Shown here: in pieces, positions 22,544 to 30,553 of the stretch
Layout of the letters: each line of letters opens with the position of its first letter
Position numbering within the stretch: the stretch's first letter is position 1
Assembly (NCBI GenBank): GCA_026393955.1
Contig: JAPKZE010000057.1
Location: forward strand, 1 to 34,072
From: Candidatus Aminicenantes bacterium
Lineage (GTDB): Bacteria; Acidobacteriota; Aminicenantia; Aminicenantales; Saccharicenantaceae
Direction of reading: 5' to 3'
Length of the DNA stretch: 34,072 nt
Made by a program: the position numbers and the translations under genes
Notes under the pieces: generated by a model
Seen by the model: the letters and a program-made list of their open reading frames with translations, nothing else
The model's database searches: none
What the model was told of the DNA's origin: nothing

Positions 22544-24859
22544 CTAGAACGTCGTACCGACGGCGAAACGGAATGCGAATTCCTGGTCGGTCGGAAAGAT
22601 CTTTTTGTTGTTGTAGGCGAAGATCAGCCGGAAAGGCACGCGCAGGGCGGGAATGAAGAGACGGGCCTCGATACCGGCCGAGGAATACATGTCCGCGAAC
22701 GAGAGCGATTGGTTGGCCAGCACGGCGTTGCCCCGGTCGTAGAAGAGGATGGCGTAGAGGGGGCCGCCGACCGGGACGATGTACTCGATGTTGAAGAGCA
22801 GTGACTTCGTGCCGCCGATCATGTAGCCGTTCCTGTCGCGCGGGCCGATCGAGTAGACCTCGTAGCCGCGAATGGAGCGCTCGCCGCCGAAGAAGATCTT
22901 CTCCCAGTAAGGGATCAGGGAATCGCCGAGCTGGGCGATATACTGACCCTGGGCGTGGATACCGAGGACATGGGCCTTGGGCCCCTTCCCGATGATCGGC
23001 TGGTAGTGGGTGAATTCCAGCGTCGGCTTGAGCATATTGACTTCGCCGCCCAGGAAGGTGCCGGCGAACTTGAGGCTGGCCGAATACGAGCTGCCGCGCG
23101 TCGGCGTCAGGGGGCTGTCGACCGTGGACCGCCAGATCGTCGGGGTGATGGAGCTCTGGTAGTAGTTGCCGTACTGGCCGTAGATCTGCTGATAGTAGGA
23201 CCCCACGGGATAGTCCATTTTGACCTTCTGGAGCGAATAGGTCCAGCTCGTCCGCCAATACCCGACGAGCCGCGTCCCCAAGGTCAGGTCGATGCCCTTC
23301 ATGTTCTGCTTGTAGAGGCCATACGTGCTGTAGTCGGTCCGCCGGCTGTAGATGTTGAAGCCCGCGGTGATGGGCTTGTCGAAAAGGTAGGGTTCGGAGA
23401 AGCCGAAGGAATAGTTCTTGACGAGCTTGCCCTGCTGGACGGCCAGCTCCAGGTTCTCCCCCGCCCCGAGGAAGTTGACGGTCGAGTAGCTGAAGGCCAC
23501 GAACATCCCCTCGTAGCCGCTGTACCCGGCCGTGAACTGGACGTTGTTGCGCTGCATCTCCTTGACGTTGACCTGGACGTCCATCTTGGTCGGGTCGTCG
23601 GGGTTCGGCTTGATGTCGGGGTCCTTATCGAGGTCGACCAGCCCGAGCTGCTTGATCCGCAGGATGCTGTTCTTGAACATGTTGAAGCTGAAGCGGTCGC
23701 CCTCGCGGATCATCATCTCCCGGCGGATGACCTTGTCCTTGGTGTAGATGTTGCCGCGGAACTCGAGGCGGTTGAGATAGGCGATCTCACCCTCGTTGAC
23801 GTTGAAGGTGATATTGACGATCTTGTTCTTGGGGTCGAGGTTCTCGACGGGGATGATCTGGGCGTAAACGTAGCCGCCGTCACGGAAGGCCTCGCCCATG
23901 TCCTCGATGCTCTTGTCCCGGTCCTTGGTGCTGTAGACCTCGCCGGTCTTGAGCCGGACCAGGGTCATCAGGTTCTTGACGTTGACGGCCTTGCTGCCTT
24001 CGACCTTGATCACACCGGTGCGGTAGAGGTAGCCGGGCGACACCGGGAAGATGACCCGCATCATCTTCTGCTTCTGGAAGGTCACGGACTGGTCCTCGTA
24101 CTCCTCGGTCCGCGGCTGGCCGACGGCGGCCTCCATGTAGCCGAGCTCCTGGTACTTGTTCTTGAGGGCCTCGGCGTCCTCTTCGAGCTTGTTCGACTTG
24201 TAGACGTCCTTGCCGGCGACCCAGTTGAACATGCTGTGCGAGCGGTTCTCTTTCATCGAATTTTCGAGCTTGCTGGACTGGATCTTGGTGTCGCCCTCGA
24301 AGGCGACTTCGCCGACGCGGACCTTGGGGCCCTCGTCGACCCGGATCTGGACGTCCACCTCGTTCTTCCCCTGGCGGACGACCTCGCTCTCGATCTTCGA
24401 GGCCAGCAGACCCTTCTCGGTCAGCAGGTCGGCGATGGTGTCCTTGATGCGCTGGACCTTGAAGGCGCTGTAATAGGAGTACGGCAGGATGGACTGGTCC
24501 TTCTCCTTCAGCTTCTCGACGATGTCCTTTTCTTTGACCTTTTTTCCCGTCTTGTAGGTCACGGAACGGACGACGGCGTTCTCTTCGACCGTGATCTTGA
24601 TGATCTTGCCCCGCGCCCCCTGGCTCTCCTCGAACGTGATGTTCGAGAAGAATCCCGTCGACCAGAGCACCCGGAAATCCCGCCGGAACTGGTCGGCGCT
24701 GTAGAAGTCCCCCTCTCGGACGGACAGATAGTACAGGACCGTCTCCGTGGTGACGCGGTCGTTCCCCACGATCTCGATCTTCTCCACGATGTCCTGGGCG
24801 GCCAGGAAGACCGGGAGAGCGACGATCCCGAGGAAGAGCAGGAGGGCGAGCTTCTTCAT
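22544..24859 (-). CDS. bamA: Outer-membrane protein assembly factor BamA
   Basis: The signal peptide is MKKLALLLFLGIVALPVFLAAQ; the ORF track starts 15 codons earlier. It has POTRA repeats, a beta-barrel with alternating aromatic pattern, and ends ...FRFAVGTTF with a terminal Phe. Confidence 0.93.
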   Translation of the reverse strand: MKKLALLLFLGIVALPVFLAAQDIVEKIEIVGNDRVTTETVLYYLSVREGDFYSADQFRRDFRVLWSTGFFSNITFEESQGARGKIIKITVEENAVVRSVTYKTGKKVKEKDIVEKLKEKDQSILPYSYYSAFKVQRIKDTIADLLTEKGLLASKIESEVVRQGKNEVDVQIRVDEGPKVRVGEVAFEGDTKIQSSKLENSMKENRSHSMFNWVAGKDVYKSNKLEEDAEALKNKYQELGYMEAAVGQPRTEEYEDQSVTFQKQKMMRVIFPVSPGYLYRTGVIKVEGSKAVNVKNLMTLVRLKTGEVYSTKDRDKSIEDMGEAFRDGGYVYAQIIPVENLDPKNKIVNITFNVNEGEIAYLNRLEFRGNIYTKDKVIRREMMIREGDRFSFNMFKNSILRIKQLGLVDLDKDPDIKPNPDDPTKMDVQVNVKEMQRNNVQFTAGYSGYEGMFVAFSYSTVNFLGAGENLELAVQQGKLVKNYSFGFSEPYLFDKPITAGFNIYSRRTDYSTYGLYKQNMKGIDLTLGTRLVGYWRTSWTYSLQKVKMDYPVGSYYQQIYGQYGNYYQSSITPTIWRSTVDSPLTPTRGSSYSASLKFAGTFLGGEVNMLKPTLEFTHYQPIIGKGPKAHVLGIHAQGQYIAQLGDSLIPYWEKIFFGGERSIRGYEVYSIGPRDRNGYMIGGTKSLLFNIEYIVPVGGPLYAILFYDRGNAVLANQSLSFADMYSSAGIEARLFIPALRVPFRLIFAYNNKKIFPTDQEFAFRFAVGTTF

Positions 24860-24875
24860 GTTAAAAATCCCTCTA

Positions 24876-24884
24876 AATATACCA
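24876..24884 (-). promoter_or_regulatory. Candidate extended -10 element (TGgTATATT) upstream of bamA
   Basis: On the minus strand, TGGTATATT is at 24884-24876. The plus-strand 11-mer aaatataccat is identical to the one at 779-789. Confidence 0.3.
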
Positions 24885-24946
24885 TATCCTCCGGGAACGG
24901 TCAAAACGCCGGCCCCAGGGGGGACAACGGGTCCGCCCCCTCTCTG

Positions 24947-25642
24947 TTAACTCGGGAGCGAAGCCAGGAGTTTCATCGTCCCCGCCTCCATCATATAGAC
25001 CTTGTGGCAGAAGCGGGCGATCTTCTCGTTGTGGGTGACCAGGATGGAGGACAAGCCCTTGCTCTCGTGGAGGTCGAGGACCAGGCGGAGGACCCGTTCC
25101 CCCGTCTTCCAATCGAGGTTGCCCGTCGGCTCGTCGGCCAGGAGCAGGCAGGGGCCGTTGACGAGCGACCGGGCGATGGCCACGCGCTGCTGTTCGCCGC
25201 CCGAGAGCTGGCTCGGCCGCGAGTGGGTCTTGTCCTCGAGGCCGACCTCCCGAAGGAGCTCCGCAGCCTGGAGGAAGGCCTGTTTCTTCGGCAGGCCGCC
25301 GATCATCAGAGGGAAGCTGACGTTCTCGAGGGCGGTGAATTCCGGCAGGAGGTGGTAGACCTGGAAGACGAAGCCGATCTTGCGATTGCGGACCGCGGCG
25401 ACGTCGCGGTCGGTGCCGCCGAACATGTCCTCCCCGTCGAGCAGGACGCGGCCCTCGGTCGGCCGGTCGAGCCCCCCGAGGAGATTGAGGAGGGTCGTCT
25501 TGCCCACGCCCGAGGCGCCCATGACGGCCGCGAGCTCGCCCCGGCGGAGATCGAAGTCGAGCCCCTCGAAAACGCGCAGATCCCCCTTGGGCAGGGGGTA
25601 GGTCATGCCCAGGCCTTCGGCGACAAGGACGCGATCACTCAT
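24947..25642 (-). CDS. lolD: Lipoprotein-releasing ABC transporter ATP-binding protein
   Basis: Walker A is [12 protein letters not shown], the signature is [13 protein letters not shown], and Walker B is [12 protein letters not shown]. It overlaps the permease gene by 8 nt. Confidence 0.9.
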   Translation of the reverse strand: MSDRVLVAEGLGMTYPLPKGDLRVFEGLDFDLRRGELAAVMGASGVGKTTLLNLLGGLDRPTEGRVLLDGEDMFGGTDRDVAAVRNRKIGFVFQVYHLLPEFTALENVSFPLMIGGLPKKQAFLQAAELLREVGLEDKTHSRPSQLSGGEQQRVAIARSLVNGPCLLLADEPTGNLDWKTGERVLRLVLDLHESKGLSSILVTHNEKIARFCHKVYMMEAGTMKLLASLPS

Positions 25643-26855
25643 ATTTCAACGCCACCACAGGGTCCACTTTGGCCGCGCGGCGGGCCGGGAAGAGGGTCGA
25701 GACGAAGCTGATGAGGAGCGTGATCCCGACAATGAGGGCCAGGTCGAACGGCCTCATCCGGAACGGGACGTAGGAGATCTGGTAGATGTCGACCGGGATC
25801 TTGATGAGCTCGAAGGCGTTGGCCAGAGCGCACCAGCCGAGGCCGAGAAACACGCCGAGGGCCGTCCCGATGACGCCGATGAGCGCCCCCTGGAAGAAGA
25901 AGATCCGGTTGATCATCCGGGGCGTCGCCCCGATGGCCATGAGGATGCCGATGTCGCGGGTCTTCTCCATGACCATGAGGATGAGGGTGGCGATGATGTT
26001 GAGGGCGGCCACGATGACGATCAGGGTGATGGTCAGGAACATGATGTTCTTCTCGAGCTTAAGGGCGGAGAAGAGCGACTTGTTGAGCTCCATCCAGGTC
26101 GTGATGTACACGACCGGCGGCAAAACCGCCTTGATCCGTTCGCCGATCGCGGGGGCCGCGAAGATATCGGCCAGCTTGACCTGGATGTAGCTCGCCCGCC
26201 CCTCCAGGCCGAACAGCTTCTGGGCCACGCCGATCGCGACGAGGGCGGTCGAGCTGTCGAATTCGTAGAGGCCGGTGTTGAAGAGACCGGTCACCTCGAA
26301 CGTCTTCCGCCTCGGCAGGAGCCCCATCGGGGACAGCGTCGAGGAGGCGGTGACGATCTGGACCGTGTCGCCGACCTGGGCGCCGATGCGCAGGGCCAGC
26401 TCCCGCCCGAGAATGAGCCCGTCCCGGGCCCCGCCCGTTTCGGGGATGCGGCCGGCCTCGAGGTTCCGGAGCCAGGGCGATCCGGCCCGCTCCCGCTCGA
26501 AATCGAGGCCCTTGACGAGCGCCCCCGAGCTCTCTCCGATCCCGGTGATGAGAACGGTGCTGTAGACGACGGGGGAAACGGCTTCGACCCCGGGGACGGC
26601 CCGGATCTTCGCGGCCATGTCCTCGTACCCCTCGAGGCCGTTGCCGCCGAGGTCCGAGACCATGACGTGAGAGGTCGCGACGAGGATCTTGTCCTGGACG
26701 TCGCCCTGGAAGCCGGTGATGAGGGCGATGGCGATGACCAGGGCGGCGACCCCGATGGCGATGCCCACGACGGAGATCAGGGTGATGACGGAGATGAAGG
26801 CCTGCTTCCTCCGCGCCGTGAGATAGCGCCGGGCGACGAACAGCTCGAAGCTCAT
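25635..26855 (-). CDS. LolC/LolE-family lipoprotein-releasing ABC permease (FtsX-like)
   Basis: The N-terminus is MSFELFVARRYLTARRKQAFISVITLISVVGIAIGVAALV. It has a periplasmic domain and a C-terminal FtsX-type 3-TM bundle. Confidence 0.9.
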   Translation of the reverse strand: MSFELFVARRYLTARRKQAFISVITLISVVGIAIGVAALVIAIALITGFQGDVQDKILVATSHVMVSDLGGNGLEGYEDMAAKIRAVPGVEAVSPVVYSTVLITGIGESSGALVKGLDFERERAGSPWLRNLEAGRIPETGGARDGLILGRELALRIGAQVGDTVQIVTASSTLSPMGLLPRRKTFEVTGLFNTGLYEFDSSTALVAIGVAQKLFGLEGRASYIQVKLADIFAAPAIGERIKAVLPPVVYITTWMELNKSLFSALKLEKNIMFLTITLIVIVAALNIIATLILMVMEKTRDIGILMAIGATPRMINRIFFFQGALIGVIGTALGVFLGLGWCALANAFELIKIPVDIYQISYVPFRMRPFDLALIVGITLLISFVSTLFPARRAAKVDPVVALKYE

Positions 26856-26859
26856 GGTT

Positions 26860-28356
26860 CTATTTGGGCCTCAGCAGAGGGAAAAGGACGACCTCCCGGA
26901 TGCTCCTCCGGTCGGCCAGGATCATGGTCAGGCGGTCGATGCCGATGCCCTCCCCGCCCGTCGGGGGAAGGCCGTACTCGAGGGCCTCGACGTAGTCCAT
27001 GTCCACGGCGTGCGATTCCTCGTCGCCCCGGCCCCTCTCCAGGGCCTGCTCCTCGAAGCGGGCCCGCTGTTCGGCCGGATCGGTCAGCTCCGAGAAGGCG
27101 TTGGCGACCTCCATGCCGGCGATCATGAGCTCGAAGCGCTCGGACTCCTCGGGATTCTCGCGCGAGGTCTTGGCCAGGGGCGAGATCTCCCGGGGCGGGT
27201 TGGTGATGAAGGTCGGCTGGATGATGTGGTCTTTGACGAACCGGTCGAAGATGACGTCGAGGGCCTTGCCGTAAGTCTGGAGCTTCTTGTCCGGGGCCAG
27301 CCCGGCCGCGAACGCGATCAGGCCCTTCCGGTCCTCGAAGCGGCTGGGGGCCAGGCCGCTGTACTGGACGCAGGCGTCGATGAACTTGAGCCGCCGGTAG
27401 GGCCGCTTGAACGAGATCAGGTGCTCGCCGAAGGGGACCTCGTCCCGGCCGAGGAGGTCGACGGCCAGGCCGGTCAGCAGCTCCTCGGTCAGGTCCATCA
27501 TGTCGTAGTAGTCCTTGTAGGCCTCGTAGAACTCGAGCATGGTGAACTCGGGATTGTGCTGGGCGTCGATCCCCTCGTTGCGGAAGCTCCGGTTGATCTC
27601 GTAGACCCGGGGCAGGCCGCCGACGACGAGCCGCTTGAGGTAGAGCTCGGGGGCGATGCGGAGGTAGAGGTCGAGGCCCAGGGCGTTGTGAAAGGTCTTG
27701 AACGGCCGGGCCAGGGCCCCGCCGGGGACGGCGTGCATCATCGGCGTCTCGACCTCGAGGTAGCCGCGGCCGTCGAAGAACCGGCGGATGGAAGCGACGA
27801 TGGCGCCGCGCAGGCGGAAGACCTCGCCGACCTCCGGGTTCATGATGAGGTCGAGATAGCGCTGGCGGTAGCGGAGCTCGACGTCCTGGAGGCCGTGCCA
27901 TTTCTCCGGCAACGGGTGGAAGCACTTGGCCAGGAAGGTGACGGCGGCGCAGAGGACGGTCAGCTCGCCGGTGCGCCTCTTGAAGAGCGTCCCGGACACG
28001 GCCACGACGTCGCCCAGGTCGTAGAGGCCGAACCGCTCGTAGGCCTCGGCCCCCGCTTGATCCTCCCGGATATAGGCCTGGAGCCTGTCGCGCCCGTCGG
28101 AGATGTGGAAGAACGTGGCCCGGCCCATCTTGCGGATGGACAGGATCCGGCCGGGGACGGCGACGGCCGCCGCCTTCGCTTCGAGCTCGGCCGCGGTCAG
28201 GCCGGCGAAGGCCTCGACGACCTCCCGGACCTCGTGCGACCGGGCCGCCGTATACGGGAAGAGGGGCACGCCCGCCTGGCCGAGCTTCTGGTATTTCTCG
28301 CGCCGGGCGACGTCCTGGTCAAGCTCGGCGGGTTCCTCTTTTTTGCTCATGCTCAC
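26860..28356 (-). CDS. lysS: Lysine--tRNA ligase (class II)
   Basis: It has an OB-fold N-terminus (GRILSIRKMGRATFFHI). Class II motifs are FRNEGID, EFTMLEFY and GGEGIGIDRLTM. Confidence 0.95.
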   Translation of the reverse strand: MSMSKKEEPAELDQDVARREKYQKLGQAGVPLFPYTAARSHEVREVVEAFAGLTAAELEAKAAAVAVPGRILSIRKMGRATFFHISDGRDRLQAYIREDQAGAEAYERFGLYDLGDVVAVSGTLFKRRTGELTVLCAAVTFLAKCFHPLPEKWHGLQDVELRYRQRYLDLIMNPEVGEVFRLRGAIVASIRRFFDGRGYLEVETPMMHAVPGGALARPFKTFHNALGLDLYLRIAPELYLKRLVVGGLPRVYEINRSFRNEGIDAQHNPEFTMLEFYEAYKDYYDMMDLTEELLTGLAVDLLGRDEVPFGEHLISFKRPYRRLKFIDACVQYSGLAPSRFEDRKGLIAFAAGLAPDKKLQTYGKALDVIFDRFVKDHIIQPTFITNPPREISPLAKTSRENPEESERFELMIAGMEVANAFSELTDPAEQRARFEEQALERGRGDEESHAVDMDYVEALEYGLPPTGGEGIGIDRLTMILADRRSIREVVLFPLLRPK

Positions 28357-28795
28357 CTTCTTGGACCGGTCCGGCCTCCGCCGCCCCGGCCCCCTTCAGT
28401 CGCCGGACGACGGCATCGAGGACGCCGTTGACGAACACGGCCGACTCCTCGCCGCTGTAGCGCTTGGCGATCTCGATGGCCTCGTTCATGACGATGGCCG
28501 GGACGAGCGTCGGTTCGTAAAGGAGCTCGCCGGCGGCGATCCTTAGGATGTTCCGGTCGACCACGGCCATGCGGGCCAGGCGCCAGTTCTTCGAGTCCGC
28601 CTGGATGGCCCCGTCGATCGCCTGGCCGTGCGCGAGGATCGTTTCGACGATCCAAGTCCCATAATCGCGGATCTCCTTCGACGCCCGCTGGTGCTCCCAG
28701 TAGACCCGGATGAGGTCCTTGGGATCGGCCGGATTGAACTCGAGCTGGAACAGGATCTGGAGGGCGCACTCCCGCGCCCGGCGGCGTTGTCCCAT
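28319..28795 (-). CDS. nusB: Transcription antitermination factor NusB
   Basis: The sequence starts RRRARECALQILFQLEF and contains ILRIAAGELLYEP...VVMNEAIEIAKRY. It follows ribH, as in many bacteria. Its C-terminal tail overlaps the lysS start by 38 nt. Confidence 0.92.
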   Translation of the reverse strand: MGQRRRARECALQILFQLEFNPADPKDLIRVYWEHQRASKEIRDYGTWIVETILAHGQAIDGAIQADSKNWRLARMAVVDRNILRIAAGELLYEPTLVPAIVMNEAIEIAKRYSGEESAVFVNGVLDAVVRRLKGAGAAEAGPVQEGEHEQKRGTRRA

Positions 28796-28815
28796 GGCTC
28801 GGGTCGGGCTCCCGC

Positions 28816-29286
28816 TCAGCGGAGGCCGGCCTCCTTGATCATGTTCAGGGTCTCGACGAGCGAGAACGCGGCGTCGTAGCCCTTGTTCCCGGCCTTGGTC
28901 CCGGCCCGCTCGATGCCCTGTTCGACGGTGTCGACCGTCAGGATGCCGAAGGAGACCGGGACGCCGTCGTCCATGGCGATCTGGGCCAGCCCCTTGGTCA
29001 CCTCGGCGCTGAGGTAGTCGAAGTGGGGAGTGTCGCCGCGGATGAGGGCGCCGACGCAGAGGATGCCGTCGGCCGCCTTGGCTTTGGCGATCTTCTTGGC
29101 GATGAGCGGGACCTCGAACGAACCCGGCACCTTGTAGACGGTCAGGTCGGCCTCCAGGGCCCCCATCTTTTGGAGGGCCTCCAGGGCCCCCTCGAGCAGC
29201 CGCTCGGAGATGAAGCTGTTGAAGCGGCTGACCACGATGGCGATCCGGAGCCCCTTGGCCTGGAGCTTGCCTTGATGGATCTTCAT
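28816..29286 (-). CDS. ribH: 6,7-dimethyl-8-ribityllumazine synthase
   Basis: The internal ATG at 29286 gives MKIHQGKLQAKGLRIAIVVSRFNSFISERLLEGA...VPGSFEVP...GALIRGDTPHFDY. The ORF-track 5' extension (to 29418) overlaps the upstream gene and is rejected. Confidence 0.93.
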   Translation of the reverse strand: MKIHQGKLQAKGLRIAIVVSRFNSFISERLLEGALEALQKMGALEADLTVYKVPGSFEVPLIAKKIAKAKAADGILCVGALIRGDTPHFDYLSAEVTKGLAQIAMDDGVPVSFGILTVDTVEQGIERAGTKAGNKGYDAAFSLVETLNMIKEAGLR

Positions 29287-29291
29287 GGACG

Positions 29292-30416
29292 TCACGCCCC
29301 TTTCGCGGAGATGGGCTTCTCGTAGATGCGGTACTTCCGGTAGACCTTGGCGCCGATCGAAGCCGCGAACTTGAGGATGGCTTGGTTGTCCTCGAGCTCC
29401 CAGGACAGCTCGCACCACGTGTGGCCCTTGGCGATGACGGCCTCGGCGAACCGGTCGTAGAGGATATAGGCCAGGCCCGTGTGCATGTATTCCGGCACGA
29501 CGCCGAAGACCAGGGCCCGGATCCCCTTGATCTTCTTCCGCCCCAAAAGCAGCTTGAAGATGCCGAAAGGCAGCAGGCGCCCGTTCATCTTGATGAGGAC
29601 CTGGTTGAGGTCGGGCAGGCCGAACGCGAAGCCGACGGCCTTGCCGTTATGCTCGGCCAGCAGGACCATGTCCAGGTCGGCGAACTGGACGATATCGTGG
29701 GCCATGTGCTTGATCTCGTCCTCGGTCCAGGGCACGAAGCCCCAATTCTTGGCCCAACCGCGGTTGTAGATCTCGGCGACCTTGAGGGCGTCCTCGATGA
29801 GGGTCTTCTTCGAGATCGGCCGGAAAGTGAAATCACCGGCGGCCGGCAGGCGGGCCAGGGCAGCCTTGACCCTTTCCGTCCCGGCCCGGTCGGTCCCCAC
29901 TTTGAAGGCCAGGAGGTCCTTGGCCTTGACCATGCCGCAGGCGGTCATGAGATCCAGGTAGTAGCGCGGATTGTAAGGCATCATGACGACGGGCGGGCCA
30001 TCGAAGCCCTCGAGGAGCATGGCGCACTCGTCGTTCATGTTCAGGTTCATGGGCCCGCGGAGCGTGTCCATGCCCCGGGCCCGGACCCAATCGGCCGCGG
30101 CATCGACGAGAGCCTGGGCCGCTTCGACATCGTTCAGGCACTCGAACAGGCCGAAGAAGCCGGTCTTGTCCTTGTGGGCCTCGTTGTGATTCCGATCGAC
30201 GATGGCCGTGATGCGCCCGACGGGCTCTCCGTCCCGGAAGGCCAGGAACGACGCCGCCTCCGCGTGCTTGAAGAAGGGGTGCTTGCGGGCGTCGAGCTTG
30301 TCCTTCATCCCGGCCAGCAGCGGGGGGACCCAGTTGGGATCGCCCGCGTACACCTTCCAGGGAAGCCTCAGGAAGAGGCGCATGTCCCGACTCGATTGGA
30401 CCTGTTGGATCTTCAT
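29292..30416 (-). CDS. GNAT-like N-acyltransferase superfamily protein (about 375 aa, two-lobed family of unknown substrate)
   Basis: The sequence contains FLRLPWKVYAGDPNWVPPL, FLAFRDGEPVGRITAIVD, GFFGLFEC, LRGPMNLNMNDECAMLLEGFD and MMPYNPRYY. This resembles a widespread uncharacterised GNAT-annotated family. The ORF-track start at 30434 is TTG; the first ATG is at 30416. Confidence 0.55.
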   Translation of the reverse strand: MKIQQVQSSRDMRLFLRLPWKVYAGDPNWVPPLLAGMKDKLDARKHPFFKHAEAASFLAFRDGEPVGRITAIVDRNHNEAHKDKTGFFGLFECLNDVEAAQALVDAAADWVRARGMDTLRGPMNLNMNDECAMLLEGFDGPPVVMMPYNPRYYLDLMTACGMVKAKDLLAFKVGTDRAGTERVKAALARLPAAGDFTFRPISKKTLIEDALKVAEIYNRGWAKNWGFVPWTEDEIKHMAHDIVQFADLDMVLLAEHNGKAVGFAFGLPDLNQVLIKMNGRLLPFGIFKLLLGRKKIKGIRALVFGVVPEYMHTGLAYILYDRFAEAVIAKGHTWCELSWELEDNQAILKFAASIGAKVYRKYRIYEKPISAKGA

Positions 30417-30521
30417 AGTTTCGTATTTTATCAAATGTCCCGGGGATTTTCACTAAAAAGGTTCTCCTCTCCCGATCGGGGACGCTGCCTGGTCCCGGCC
30501 GCCTTGAGGAAACCCGGGGAT

Positions 30522-30530
30522 TGTGATAAT
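30522..30530 (+). promoter_or_regulatory. Candidate extended -10 element (TGtGATAAT) for the Lon-like protease gene
   Basis: TGTGATAAT at 30522-30530 is followed by AAGGAG (30541-30546) and the ATG at 30554. Confidence 0.4.
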
Positions 30531-30553
30531 TTTGCGCTTCAAGGAGCCGGCCC

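Noticed and set aside
22955-25711. 918-aa plus-strand ORF spanning the antisense of bamA, lolD and part of the lolC/E gene.
   Set aside because: It crosses two gene boundaries and an intergenic region and has repetitive low-complexity Asp/Leu/Val/Gly/Glu composition. The minus strand encodes unmistakable BamA and LolD. It is a high-GC artefact.
28319-28356. 38-nt overlap between the nusB 3' end and the lysS 5' end.
   Set aside because: It is compatible with the general compaction of this genome and with translational coupling. The nusB tail is low-complexity, and the lysS start could be the second ATG (28350). It is not evidence of a frameshift or a novel element.
29287-29291. Looked for an FMN riboswitch upstream of ribH and for leader or riboswitch structures upstream of lysS and speE.
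   Set aside because: ribH starts 5 nt after the preceding gene, and lysS overlaps nusB, so there is no room for a leader. The speE upstream region (8359-8511) shows only weak A/T hairpins.
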